NCBI GenBank assembly: GCA_965215505.1
Contig: OZ244065.1
Span: 4,544,001-4,608,000, forward strand
Reading direction: 5' to 3'
DNA from: Capsulimonadaceae bacterium
GTDB taxonomy: Bacteria; Armatimonadota; Armatimonadia; Armatimonadales; Capsulimonadaceae
Length of the DNA stretch: 64,000 nt
Under the pieces are notes generated by a model. That model had not been told where the DNA came from, did not search any database, and saw only the letters and a list, made by a program, of their open reading frames with translations. Made by a program: the position numbers and the translations under genes. How positions within the stretch are numbered: position 1 is the stretch's first letter; each line of letters opens with the position of its first letter. This document shows positions 16,957 through 27,600 of the stretch, piece by piece.

Positions 16957-19899
16957 CTACGCCGGATCGCCTCCCGCCGTTGACAGCGCGTACTCCACCG
17001 CCTGCTCCCAGGTCATCGCCCGGCCCGCCTCCCAGGCGGCGGCAAAAGCTTCCTCCCCCAGCGCCTCACGCACGGAAGCCATAGTCTTCTCCATGTTCTC
17101 TTGGTCTAACGGGGGCCGAAAGCTGCCGATGCTCTCGCGCAGGGCAGAGGAGGCTCCCTCCAGCCGCGCCGCCCGTGACTGCTGGCTCTGTCCCCGCGCT
17201 ACCCCCGCCATGCCGTCTAAACACTCGGCGATGCCCTGCTGGTCCCCCAACTGCCGATGAAGTGTCAGGCCCTCCGCCAGCAAGGTCCACGCCGCAGCGT
17301 AGTCGCCTTTCAGGGAGGCCAAATCACCCAGGCGGGTGAGCGAAAAGGCAACACTTCCCCGATCCCCGACCTGCCGAAAGAATTCCAAGCTTTCCTCGTA
17401 CAAAGCCTGTGCCCTCGCCAAGTCGCCTTGTCTGATGGCCACATCCCCTAGGCTGATGAGTGAGTCGGCGATGCCACTCTGATGCCCTACCTGTCGCCAG
17501 AGTGTCAGGCCCTCCTCATACAGAGTCCGCGCCCCCGCCAAGTCGTCCTGAATCCGGGCCACACGCCCCAGGCCGAAGAGCGCGTAGGCGATGCCGGTCT
17601 GGTGCCCCATCTGCCTCCGAATGGCCAGGCTCTCCTCATACAAAGCGCGCGCCCGCGCCAAGTCGCCCTGGAAGGTGGCCACGTCCCCTAAGATGCTGAG
17701 CGAGTAGGCGATGCCCCACCGGTCCCCCACCTGCCGACGGAGAGTTAGCCCTTTCTCCAGCAAGGCCCGTCCCCCCACATGGTCGCCTTGTCCAATGGCT
17801 ATGTCCCCCAGGGTGTTGATCGAGAAGGCGATGCCCCACTGATCCCCCAGCCGCCGATGAAGTGTCAGACTCTCCTCCAGCAAGGCCCGTGCCGCCGCAG
17901 CGTCGCCCTGCTGAGAGGCTAGATATCCTGCCCCGTTGAGTGCCTTGGCCCGTCCCGATGATGCCTCCCTTCCTGTTGCGCCGTCCCGACCTCCTGCTTC
18001 TGTCGTTGCCCTTGCTAGAGCCTGGCCCAGCCACTGACGCCCCTCGGAATAGTGACCACGCACCCACCAGAACCGCCACAGCGCCCCCGCAAAACGGAGG
18101 CCATCCTCGGCGTCCCCCGCTGACTGTTCAGAGGTCTGCTCGTGCCAGGACAGACTCGCCCGCAGATTATCGTGTTCCGTCTCCAGCCGTCTCAGCCACG
18201 ATGCCTGCTCCGCGCCGGTCAGATGCGGCTCTGCTTCTTCCGCCAGACCCAGGAACCATGACGCCGACCGGCTGCACACGGCTTCCGTCTCCCCGCTCTC
18301 TTTCAGGCGATCCCGAGCGTATTGCCGGACCGTCTCCAGAAGACGGTAGCGGCCTACGTCGTCATCCCCCTCTTCATACACTACTAGAGACTTATCCACC
18401 AGCCCCGTCAGCAAGTCCAGCACCTCAGAGTCCTCGACCCCTTCGCCGGAGCAGACCCTTTCCGCCGCTGAGAGCGTCCACCCGCCTGCGAACACCGACA
18501 GCCGGCGCAGTAGAGCCTTTTCGTTTCCGGTCAGCAGGTCGTAGGACCAATCAATGAGCGCCCGCAGCGTCTGCTGGCGGGGGAGCGCCGTGCGAGTGCC
18601 GCCCGTCAGCAGGTGAAACTGGCGGTCCATCCGGACGTTGATCTCCTCGACAGACAGCGCCCGCACCCGCGCCGCCGCCATCTCGATCGCGAGCGGGATG
18701 CCGTCGAGCCGCCGGCAGATCCCGGCTACGGCGGGCGCATTGGCGTCCGTCACGATGAACGCAGGCCGTACCGCCTTCGCACGCGCGGTGAACAGCCGCA
18801 CCGCCTCATACCGCGACAGGCTCTCCGCCGTCTGCGTCTGCTTCGGGTCCGGCAGCGACAGCGACGGGACGCGGTAGGCCTGCTCTCCCGACACGTTCAG
18901 CGCCTCGCGCGAGGAGGCCAGCAGGTGAACGTCCGGGCAGGCGCGCAGCAGGCCGGCGGCGAGGGACGCGCAGGCCGAAACCAGGTGTTCGCAATTGTCG
19001 AGGATCAGCAGGAGGCGCTTGGGCCTCAGCCACTCTACCAGGCTTGCCTGGATGGCCTTCCCCGACTGCTCCTTGACGCCCAGCACGTCGGCGACGGCCT
19101 GCGGGACTAAGGCAGGATCGGCCAGGGCGGCCAGTTCAACGAGCCACACGCCGTCCCCTTCGCCGTCCAAGAGGTCGGCGGCCGCTTGCAAGGACAGCCG
19201 CGTTTTGCCGCTGCCGCCCGCCCCTGTCAGCGTCAGCAGGCGCGTCCTGCCCAGCAAGTCTTTGACTTCCTCGACCTGCTTCTCCCGGCCGATGAAGGAG
19301 GTAGTCTGCTGGGGCAGGTTGTTGGGCAGGGCGGGGTTGTCCAGGGACTTGAGGGGCGGGAACTCGGCGGGGAGGGCGGGATGGAGGAGCTGAAACACCT
19401 GCTCCGAGCGGCCTAAATCCTTGAAACGGTGTTCACCCAGATCGCGCAGACTCGCCCCGTCCGGCAGATGGTCACGCGCCAACTCCTGCGTCGCGGCGGA
19501 CAGGAGTACCTGGCCGCCGTGCCCGGCTGCCATTAGCCGCGCGGCGCGGTTGAGCGCGCCGCCGTAGTAGTCGCCGTCACGCCCCTCCGCGCTGCCGGTG
19601 TGCAGTCCCATCCGTACCGAGATCGGAATTTGCGGACCCCATGGCTCGTCCCAGAGCGCGCGCTGGGCACTGAGGACGGCGGCGAGAGCCTGGGGAGCGG
19701 TGGCAAAGGCGGCATGGATGCCGTCGCCCGTGGTCTTGACGACGTAGCCGTGATGCTGTTCCACGGAGGAACGAATGAGCGCGTCGTGGCGGGCGAGGGC
19801 GGGGCGCATGGCGTCGGGCTGCTGCTCCCAGAGGCGGGAACTGCCCTCAATGTCGGTGAAGAGGAACGTCACGGTGCCGGTGGGCGGCGCGGCGGGCAT
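16957..19899 (-). CDS. Class III adenylate/guanylate cyclase - STAND ATPase - TPR protein (paralogue 2)
   Basis: FLFTDIEGSS, KTTGDG, DYYGGALNRAARL; Walker A GAGGSGKT; LILDNCEH; six 40-aa TPR-like repeats. Confidence 0.9.
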   Translation of the reverse strand: MPAAPPTGTVTFLFTDIEGSSRLWEQQPDAMRPALARHDALIRSSVEQHHGYVVKTTGDGIHAAFATAPQALAAVLSAQRALWDEPWGPQIPISVRMGLHTGSAEGRDGDYYGGALNRAARLMAAGHGGQVLLSAATQELARDHLPDGASLRDLGEHRFKDLGRSEQVFQLLHPALPAEFPPLKSLDNPALPNNLPQQTTSFIGREKQVEEVKDLLGRTRLLTLTGAGGSGKTRLSLQAAADLLDGEGDGVWLVELAALADPALVPQAVADVLGVKEQSGKAIQASLVEWLRPKRLLLILDNCEHLVSACASLAAGLLRACPDVHLLASSREALNVSGEQAYRVPSLSLPDPKQTQTAESLSRYEAVRLFTARAKAVRPAFIVTDANAPAVAGICRRLDGIPLAIEMAAARVRALSVEEINVRMDRQFHLLTGGTRTALPRQQTLRALIDWSYDLLTGNEKALLRRLSVFAGGWTLSAAERVCSGEGVEDSEVLDLLTGLVDKSLVVYEEGDDDVGRYRLLETVRQYARDRLKESGETEAVCSRSASWFLGLAEEAEPHLTGAEQASWLRRLETEHDNLRASLSWHEQTSEQSAGDAEDGLRFAGALWRFWWVRGHYSEGRQWLGQALARATTEAGGRDGATGREASSGRAKALNGAGYLASQQGDAAAARALLEESLTLHRRLGDQWGIAFSINTLGDIAIGQGDHVGGRALLEKGLTLRRQVGDRWGIAYSLSILGDVATFQGDLARARALYEESLAIRRQMGHQTGIAYALFGLGRVARIQDDLAGARTLYEEGLTLWRQVGHQSGIADSLISLGDVAIRQGDLARAQALYEESLEFFRQVGDRGSVAFSLTRLGDLASLKGDYAAAWTLLAEGLTLHRQLGDQQGIAECLDGMAGVARGQSQQSRAARLEGASSALRESIGSFRPPLDQENMEKTMASVREALGEEAFAAAWEAGRAMTWEQAVEYALSTAGGDPA

Positions 19900-19908
19900 C
19901 GCAGGGCC

Positions 19909-19998
19909 TCATTTCTTCAAGGGGCGGATCGGCTCGGTCAACGGCTGGTACAAGGCCGTGTACGCCTCCCACGCACCTTTCTGATAAAGGTCGTGGAA
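19909..19998 (-). pseudogene. Displaced 3' end of the ogg gene (FHDLYQKGAWEAYTALYQPLTEPIRPLKK*)
   Basis: 21/29 aa identical to the C-terminus of ORF 41259-42260; similarity stops exactly at the shared core. Confidence 0.85.
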
Positions 19999-20072
19999 CA
20001 TTGAAAACTACACGCTTGCGAACGTCGAAATCACTGGGCAACGTCGAAATCGCTGGGCGCGGAACGGCTACA

Positions 20073-20309
20073 TCATCCGCCTGACTCTTTCTCCTCGGCC
20101 CGTTCTTCACCCTCTTGCCGACGATCCCGGAACTCGCGTAAGAGGCGGCGGATTAAGACGCTCGCTCCGCCATCCTCTTCAAGTGCGATGCTCCATAAAT
20201 CGTCCGGGACGTAAATCATCCGCCCCGGATATTTCTCCCGCCGCTTTCCAGGCGGGCGTCCTGGCCTTTTAGCCCCCTGTCCCTCGGTTGTCTCGTCGTT
20301 TGCTTCCAA
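20073..20309 (-). CDS. Small DNA-binding protein (AT-hook-like KRPGRPP plus ribbon-helix-helix-like region)
   Basis: KRPGRPPGK; RMIYVPDDLW...ASVLIRRLLREF; TTG start; divergent from the nuclease gene. Confidence 0.55.
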   Translation of the reverse strand: MEANDETTEGQGAKRPGRPPGKRREKYPGRMIYVPDDLWSIALEEDGGASVLIRRLLREFRDRRQEGEERAEEKESGG

Positions 20310-20413
20310 TCCTGCATCCTAAAACCGAGACCTGGTGCTTGGCCCCGGACATCACCTCAAACCATGTTACCATGGCACCATCTAAAAAACTTCTATCTCG
20401 CCCCGGATTCCCC

Positions 20414-20443
20414 TTGACAGAAGATGCAAGTTTATGTTAAGCT
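20414..20443 (+). promoter_or_regulatory. Sigma70-like promoter for the nuclease operon
   Basis: TTGACA-18nt-TAAGCT in an AT-rich intergenic region. Confidence 0.5.
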
Positions 20444-20556
20444 ATTTTTATAATAGTGCAGTAATGGTGCAACATTGATCGCCCTGCTGAACACTCGAAA
20501 GCCATGCCGACCACCAGGCGAAGTCGGTGACCGTCCACCGACGAAAGGAGTCAACT

Positions 20557-21357
20557 ATGACCGATCGTGTATGGACCGACCTGCCCCGCATCACCCCAAG
20601 CAGTGTTGGCGACCTCACCGGATGCGGCAAGCGATTCGCGGAGACACGCATCCTGAAGAACTGGGGCAGCAACAACCGCGACTTCCCGGAGAGCGTCGCT
20701 CATGGGACTGCCGTCCACGCCGTGCTCCGTGACGTGTTCCACGACCGACAGAATGACCAGGTCAACCTCACAAACTTGGGGGCACTCTCGCGGGCGGCAG
20801 TCTATAAGGGCCGCTACCCGAAAGGCTTTGAGCGGGAGCGTGCTGTCGAACGGGTCATGGAGGCCGTCTGCGGCTACGCTCGGTCCCAGGCCCCTGATGA
20901 TGTCGTGGGCACGATCCGGTGCGAGGACCAGATCGAGTTCCCTTTCTCATGGGAAAACAGGCCGCTCTGCATGATCTCGGCCACCCTCGACCGGGTCCTG
21001 GTGCGACCGGACCAGCCGACCCGTTTAATCGTCAAAGAGTACAAAACCACCAGGCCGAAGATCGACCTTCAAGAAATTTTCGTTGCGCTTTTTGCCGCCC
21101 GCCGCGCCTACCCGGACTACGAAACCTACGCCATGGAGATCGACTGGATCGCCGACGACGGCACCGTCTCGACGGACACTATCGAGGGGCGAGAGTTGCG
21201 CGGCCTGCACCCGGTCATCTTCCGGGCCGCCGTGAAGGTCATCCACGAGAAGCAGTGGGACGCCTGCCCCTCGGAGCGATGCACTTTTTGCCATCTCCGC
21301 GCCCAGTGTCAGAAGCTGCCAGCCGTCGAGATGAGAGAAGGGGATGAGGTGTTCTGA
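20557..21357 (+). CDS. PD-(D/E)XK nuclease, RecB/AddB/Cas4-like with probable Fe-S cysteines
   Basis: ITPSS....CGKRF, HGTAVHAVL, ATLDRV, IVKEYKT and C-terminal CTFC....C; AAGGAG RBS. Confidence 0.8.
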   Translation: MTDRVWTDLPRITPSSVGDLTGCGKRFAETRILKNWGSNNRDFPESVAHGTAVHAVLRDVFHDRQNDQVNLTNLGALSRAAVYKGRYPKGFERERAVERVMEAVCGYARSQAPDDVVGTIRCEDQIEFPFSWENRPLCMISATLDRVLVRPDQPTRLIVKEYKTTRPKIDLQEIFVALFAARRAYPDYETYAMEIDWIADDGTVSTDTIEGRELRGLHPVIFRAAVKVIHEKQWDACPSERCTFCHLRAQCQKLPAVEMREGDEVF

Positions 21358-21880
21358 ATTGGCCGAGGAAATATCCGATCTCGCACCTGACGCTGCGAAT
21401 GGCCCAACTGATGCCTATGCCGCGGGCTACTTTGACGGCGAGGGTTGCGTCGGCCTTTACACACGCGGCGGGAACGTTATTCCCCGCATCCGCATCGCTG
21501 TGAAAAGTGCAAATCTGCCGTGCCTTTTGGCACTGAAAGCCCGCTTCGGAGGCACCGTGACGATGGCTTCGCCACCGGGCCACAAGCGAAAAAGTCAATA
21601 TCGGTGGCGCATCGGCTCAATGCAGGACTGCCTGGCGTTCATCGCCGCTGTGGAACCACACTCCATCGAGAAGCGGGAGCAACTCGCTCTGGCTCGGGAG
21701 TGGCTCGAACACCGCTCGCGAACTCCCCTGCGTGGTCGCCGCTTCCCGGAGACATACTCCATGGCGGCCCGGATTCATGAGGCGATCTCCGTTCAGAAAC
21801 GCCTCGACTTCTACGCCTCCGCCATGGAGACTGAAACCAGCGGCCTGCACAGCCCCGCGATAATCAAGCCTCCTCCCTGA
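21344..21880 (+). CDS. Single-motif LAGLIDADG endonuclease-like protein
   Basis: AYAAGYFDGEGCV; LKARFGG..; YRWRI; F...VEPHSIEKREQL. Confidence 0.75.
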   Translation: MRCSELAEEISDLAPDAANGPTDAYAAGYFDGEGCVGLYTRGGNVIPRIRIAVKSANLPCLLALKARFGGTVTMASPPGHKRKSQYRWRIGSMQDCLAFIAAVEPHSIEKREQLALAREWLEHRSRTPLRGRRFPETYSMAARIHEAISVQKRLDFYASAMETETSGLHSPAIIKPPP

Positions 21881-21886
21881 AGCTGT

Positions 21887-24652
21887 TCATGTGATGCTCA
21901 TCTTGGCGAGGTCGTAGACGCGCAGAACCTCGTCGCCGTAGTGGTTGATGACCTTGACGGCGATCTTGCCCGTGTCGGGGGTGTCGAACGGGCGGCTGAC
22001 GGTGGAATACAAGGCCGACCACGCGGACTCGTCTATGTCGGCGCGCAGCGTGTCCCGCAGCTTCTTGTACGGGTCGCCGTCGCCCGTGAAGTAGGCGTGG
22101 CGCACGATGAACGCCTCGCCGTTGTAGGCGGTGTCCACGAACCAGCAGGCCAGGTCGTTGGTGCTGGACGGCTTGATCTCGCCCGTAGTCGGGTCGTAAA
22201 TGTCCAGGCCGAAGATTTCGACTTCGAGTTGCTCGGCCTTCTTCCGAATCTCGATGTCCGGTTCACCGAACACCATGAAGAGGTTGCCCGCGCCCGTCTT
22301 CTTCAGCAGATTCCCGCCGATCATCAAGTCCTGGTTGATGCGGGCCATCATCACCGTCAGCGGTCCGAACTTCTTGATGAGGTAGGTGTCCTCGGTCTGC
22401 TCCTTCGCCTCCTCGTACACGGCGGGGTCGAAGGCGAACCCGCAGATCACCAGGGTGTCGAAGTGCTTCCGTGCCTCCTTGACGGCCTCGCGCACCTGTT
22501 CCGCCGACACGGTGCCGAACTGCGGGCCGAGCGAGACGGCGATACGGTTCCCCGTGCCGCGCTGGACGCCCTCGGCTTGGATATACACGCTGCTGAACGG
22601 TTCCAACTGCTCGAACTCGATCTTCTCGCCCTTCTTCGTATTGCCGACACCCGCCCGCTTCAGGTTCTCGATAATGCTCTGCTCGTACTCGCCGTCCGCC
22701 TCGGCGGTGGCGCGCTTCTCCGTCGCGGGCCGCTCGGCTTCTTCGTCGGGGGCGACGACGCGGTGCGGCGAGATGCTTTCCACGGTGAAGGGGCCGCAGA
22801 CGCGCACGGCCTTGTTGTTCTCGTAGGGCCTGTCGTAGAGGTAAACGGTTTCAGCGCGGCGGGCGATGCTGGCGTCCATCTCCTTCTTGCGCTCGATCCA
22901 GTTCTTCCAGTAGTCGGCGAGCAGTATCGTCGCGGCGGCGGGCCAGTCTTCGCTCGCGATGCGGGGTATCTGCCAGGGTTCCAAGGCGTGACCGAGTTGA
23001 GCGTTCAGGGCGGCGCGAACCGGTTCCAGTTTCGCCTCCCAGCGTTCGTGGATGCCATCGATTTCATCGTTGTTGGCGATGGACTTCAGCGTCACACGGG
23101 GGACGCGTTCATAGACGAAGCCCTTCCGAACGTCGTTCATGGTCGGCGCATCGGGCTGCACTTTGCCGCTGACGATCTGTTCTCTTGCGCGTCCTTCGGG
23201 GCTGTCGGCCAGCAGGAAGGCGGGGTACTTCGCGGCCATCAGGCGGGTGCGGGCGAGGGCCAGAGCGACGCGGCTACTGTCAATCGTGACCCAGCGGCGG
23301 CCCCACTGCTCGGCAACGGTGGCGGTTGTGCCGCTCCCGCAGGTTGGGTCAAGAACGATGTCGCCTGGGTCAGTGGTCATCAGGATACACCGCTTGAAGG
23401 CTTCTGTGGAAGTTTGAACGACGTATATCTTTGGGTCGGATCGGCTCTGAACAGAACCGCTTATGTCGGACCACAAATTCCCCTTAGTTGTTAATTTGAA
23501 GTCGTCCAAGAAATGAATGTAAGAAAGCGTTCTTCCATTACCAAGTAGACGACCAGCCTCAGACAAGCGTTTGAGGCCAACTTGGTCTGTTCGAAATGTC
23601 CTATTGCCTGATGAATACGGAACTCCGTAAAGACGAAACGAAGATGCGTCGCCTGCACCCGGTGCACGGGTACTTGTCACGTCATCCAGCCGAAAATACC
23701 TACCAGAGTCGTCGGGAGTTGTCTGATTGTATCGGCGTTCTGCGTCGTCAGATTTCTCAACCACGATGGGATGCCATTTTGTATGGTTCTTGTCCCTACC
23801 ATACCACAGAAGGTAGTCGCAGGTCGCCCCCAAAAAGTCGCTGGTTTCACCTGTTGTTTTTCGGATGGTGATTTGAGATATAAAGTTTCTGTCCCCGAAC
23901 ACTTCATCCATGAGAGAGCGGACGCGGTGAACATTAGCGTCCCCAATCTGTACGAAAGCACTGCCACTCTCGGTCAGAAGTTCGCGGGCGACTGTCAGGC
24001 GGTCGCGCCAGTACGTCAGGTAGGTGTGAATGCCCTTCTCCCAGGTATCGCGGAAGGCGCGAATGACTTCGGGTTCGCGAGATAAATCCGCAATTTTCCC
24101 ATCCGTGACGGTGCGGCTCCGCGTTGTGGCCTGCCAGTTGGAGCCGAACTTGATGCCGTAGGGTGGGTCCATGATGATGCACTGTATCTGCCCCTTCAGG
24201 CTCGGTGTCTCGCCCTCGGCCAGCGCGTTCATCACCAGGAGCGAGTCGCCCAGGATCAGGCGGTTCCGCCACTTCTCCTGGTGCTGGCTGTATTCGATCT
24301 TCTTCTCCAGAGGCAGGAAATCTTCGACGGAGAACAGCGCGGGCTGCTCCCGCACGACGCCGCCCTCCTTCGCCGCCTTCGCCCGCTCCGCGTCGTACTG
24401 CACCGCCTTGATGATGTCCTGGGGGTTGATCTCCTCCTGGATGTAGAGCGGCACGACCGGGACGGCCAAATCCTCCGAGTCCAGTTCGTCCTTGCCCTGC
24501 CAGACCAGTTGCGGGTCGAGCGACGGGTCGCGGGGGTAGAGTTTCGGCTTCGGGCTGGCCTCCCGCTCCGCGTCAAAGTCGGAAAGTTCCGACGTGAGGA
24601 TGTTCGGGCGGGTGTCGTCGTGCTTGATGGTGTCGATCTTCGTCTCAGGCAT
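21887..24652 (-). CDS. Adenine-specific DNA methyltransferase (type III Mod-like, beta class)
   Basis: NRLILGDSL, DPPYGI and VLDPTCGSGTT; AT-richer central target-recognition region. Confidence 0.9.
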   Translation of the reverse strand: MPETKIDTIKHDDTRPNILTSELSDFDAEREASPKPKLYPRDPSLDPQLVWQGKDELDSEDLAVPVVPLYIQEEINPQDIIKAVQYDAERAKAAKEGGVVREQPALFSVEDFLPLEKKIEYSQHQEKWRNRLILGDSLLVMNALAEGETPSLKGQIQCIIMDPPYGIKFGSNWQATTRSRTVTDGKIADLSREPEVIRAFRDTWEKGIHTYLTYWRDRLTVARELLTESGSAFVQIGDANVHRVRSLMDEVFGDRNFISQITIRKTTGETSDFLGATCDYLLWYGRDKNHTKWHPIVVEKSDDAERRYNQTTPDDSGRYFRLDDVTSTRAPGAGDASSFRLYGVPYSSGNRTFRTDQVGLKRLSEAGRLLGNGRTLSYIHFLDDFKLTTKGNLWSDISGSVQSRSDPKIYVVQTSTEAFKRCILMTTDPGDIVLDPTCGSGTTATVAEQWGRRWVTIDSSRVALALARTRLMAAKYPAFLLADSPEGRAREQIVSGKVQPDAPTMNDVRKGFVYERVPRVTLKSIANNDEIDGIHERWEAKLEPVRAALNAQLGHALEPWQIPRIASEDWPAAATILLADYWKNWIERKKEMDASIARRAETVYLYDRPYENNKAVRVCGPFTVESISPHRVVAPDEEAERPATEKRATAEADGEYEQSIIENLKRAGVGNTKKGEKIEFEQLEPFSSVYIQAEGVQRGTGNRIAVSLGPQFGTVSAEQVREAVKEARKHFDTLVICGFAFDPAVYEEAKEQTEDTYLIKKFGPLTVMMARINQDLMIGGNLLKKTGAGNLFMVFGEPDIEIRKKAEQLEVEIFGLDIYDPTTGEIKPSSTNDLACWFVDTAYNGEAFIVRHAYFTGDGDPYKKLRDTLRADIDESAWSALYSTVSRPFDTPDTGKIAVKVINHYGDEVLRVYDLAKMSIT

Positions 24653-24654
24653 CG

Positions 24655-27600
24655 TCAGTTCTCTTCCTTGCGCGTCGGGAACCAGTGCGCGAACGGGTCG
24701 TTGGCGATGTGGCCGCGAATGACGCTCGCCGCCTCCCACGGGTCGGCGATCTCGATGTAGGACCAGCGGCCAAACGTCTGGTAATTGGTCGCGCCGTAGT
24801 TGTTCACGGCGGGAACCCAGAAACCTTTCGCCGTCATCGCCTTCTGCTGCTTATCGTTCTTCCGCAGGCCCGTCACCTCGATAATGAGTTGCAGCGGATC
24901 ATTTTTACCGTAGCCGTCGTCCACATGGGCGATGAAGTCGGGGAAATACTGCCGCTCCTTGCCCGCCAGCGTATACGGAATCGTGAAGCCGATGTTGTGG
25001 TTCTTGACGTAGCACCGCACTTCGTCCATCTCTTCCAATACCTGCGCCATCTTCTGTTCCCACGAGTCCGTGTCGCAGACGACGTGCGAGATGTGGCACT
25101 TGTCGGCGCGGGTGACATACGTCGGGCGCGTGGTCAGGTAATCTACATGGCGCGTCGTGCCGACGTACTCGTAAGGGCGCAGGATCGGCAGGAGTCGCTT
25201 GACGGGGGTATCTTGCCCCCCGTTGACAATGCCCCCATAGATTTTCTCCGCTGCCTCGTCCGCAGGCTCTCGGAACCGTAACAACTGGGGGAACGTCCTG
25301 TCACCGCAATGGAGGCAGTCCTTCATCCAGCGTTTCGTTATGGAGAGGACCTGTGGAAACAACCAGGACTTGTCGTTGCCAGACCCAGTCGGGAAGTACC
25401 GCTTCAGAATCAGGTGCGCCAGGTAGAACTCCACCTCCTGCACTCGCCGATGCCTTGCCTCCTCGACAGAAATAGTTACGGACTCCCCGATAATAGGCGC
25501 GTTTTCAGTGTCCATCGGAATGTCTTTGGTGGACAAGGAGTAGTGGTGGTCGAGTTGGAAGTCCGCCGTCAGCCGCTCCGTCGGCAGGTCGAAGCGGTAG
25601 CCGAGGACGCGGGGGAAGCGAATCTCGCAAGCCTCCCGCCGTTCTTCCAGGGCACGCACCCGCGTCGGGATCGGGCCTGGCTGCGGGTCGGTCGGCGTCC
25701 CAGCCGATGGGATGAACGAGAACGGCACCCCGAACACCTCGGCGTATTCCGGTTCCAGCATTCCATGTTCGTTCGGCGCGTAACTCATGCGGCGCAGGGC
25801 GCGGCCCACCACCTGCTCGCACAGAAGCTGCGTCCCGAAGGCGCAGACGCCCAGGACGTGCGTTACCGTGTTGGCGTCCCAGCCCTCGGTCAGCATGGAC
25901 ACGGAGACGACGCAGCGGACGCCCTCGCCGAGTTTGCCGCGCTTGCCGACTGTATTCATCACCTCGCGCAGAATGTCTTCGTCGTCCAGGTCGTCGGAGT
26001 CACGGCCTGGGTAGCGAATACGGTACTCGGACTTGAACTCCTCGATCTCGCGGGCGGCGATCTTCTTGAAGTCGTCGGTCAGGCCCTCACCCGAGTCCAG
26101 TTGCTCCGAGTCCACCAGGATCGTGTTCGGGCGGTGCAGCCACTGGGCGTCCTCGCTGACGTTGGAGAACAAGTCGAACTCGCCCCGCTTCAATTTCTTT
26201 GTCTTGCCGTCGTTCAGAGTGATCTCGTACCCCGCGACGTAATCGTAGACCAGTTTGGAAATCTGCGTGTTTTGACAGACGACGATGAAAACGGGAGGCG
26301 TGGTCGCGGCGCGGGCGGCGGGGCTACCCTCCCACCGCTCGTAGAACTTGCGGTAGTTGGTGTATAGGGCGTCCAGTGCGGCCTCCAACTCCTTCGGTAA
26401 GTTCGGGTCTTCGCTGGCCCGCTCCGCCGTCTTGCCACGGCCCGCCTTCGGCAGACCGTGCTTGATGTTCACCCAGAGGTTGCGGAACTTCGGCCCCTCG
26501 CTCGCCATCGTGTCATCGGAGACGGGGACCCGCGGCACCTTGACGATCCCGGACTCGATGCCGTCGATCAACGAGAAGTCCGATGCGACCCAGGGGAACA
26601 GTGCGCCTTCGGGGTAGCCCGACCCTTTCAGGAAGAACGGGGTCGCCGAAAGGTCGTAGATGGCGCGGACGCCGAGTTTGGCCTTGACGTGTTCCAGACC
26701 CGTATGCCACAGGTGGGCGGCCTTCGACTCCTTCTGCAAGGCCCGCTTCTCCTCCGCCGTCAGCGCAGTCATCGCCGCCGCCGCGTCGGTGTCGGGCTTG
26801 CGCGTCCAGCAGTGGTGCCCCTCATCGTTCAAGACGACGACGTTTTTCTTCGTTCCCAAGTCGCGGCAGACCCGCGCCACCATCTGCGCGGGCGTCTCCA
26901 GGAACGGACTGACATCCTTGCCCGTCAGCAGTTTCTTGGTCAGGGCCGCCGCGTCGCCTGTGTCGCGCAGGCGGAAGGCATGAAAGTTCACGAGGGCGAT
27001 CTTGGCACGGTTCATGTCGTCGCGCAGGTGGGGCGGCACGAGTTCCAGATCGGCGTAGTAGTTGTTCGGGTCGGACGGCAGCAGCACCCGCAGGCGGTCA
27101 CGGATGGTGATGCCAGGCGCGACCAGCAGGAAGGCGTCGGCGAATTTCGGGTTCTGCGGGTTTGCCAGCTTGTTCAGCGTGTGCCACGCGATCAGCATCC
27201 CCATCACCGCCGTCTTGCCGCCTCCGGTGCATAATTTGAACGCCGTGCGCTGAAGCGTAGAACTGGCCGTCTCATTGGCCGCGCTCAGTGTCACCGCGAA
27301 GTGACGATACTGCGGGATATTGGGGACGACTTCAGTGAGAAAGATCGCCGTCTCTGCCGCCTCAATCTGCGCGAAGAACAGCCGCCGAAACCGTCCCTCG
27401 TCCTGCCAGTAGTCCAGCAGGAGCCGCGTCGTGCGTGTCACGCCCTCGTACCGTCGCTCGCCCGAACGCCAGACCTTGACGTAGGCGCGCAGTTCGTTGA
27501 TGTACCGGTTCTCCTCGACCTTCTCCGGGACCGGTTCGTCCATGCCAGGCAGGACGGCCATCTGCGCCTTCCTGGACTTGACCTTCGGGATGGGTGAGAA

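Noticed and set aside
17230-17950. 120-bp periodic repeats as an array or DGR-like cassette
   Set aside because: They are coding TPR repeats, and no reverse transcriptase is present
20557-21357. CRISPR-Cas locus implied by the Cas4-like gene
   Set aside because: No repeat-spacer array or other cas genes are seen in the window
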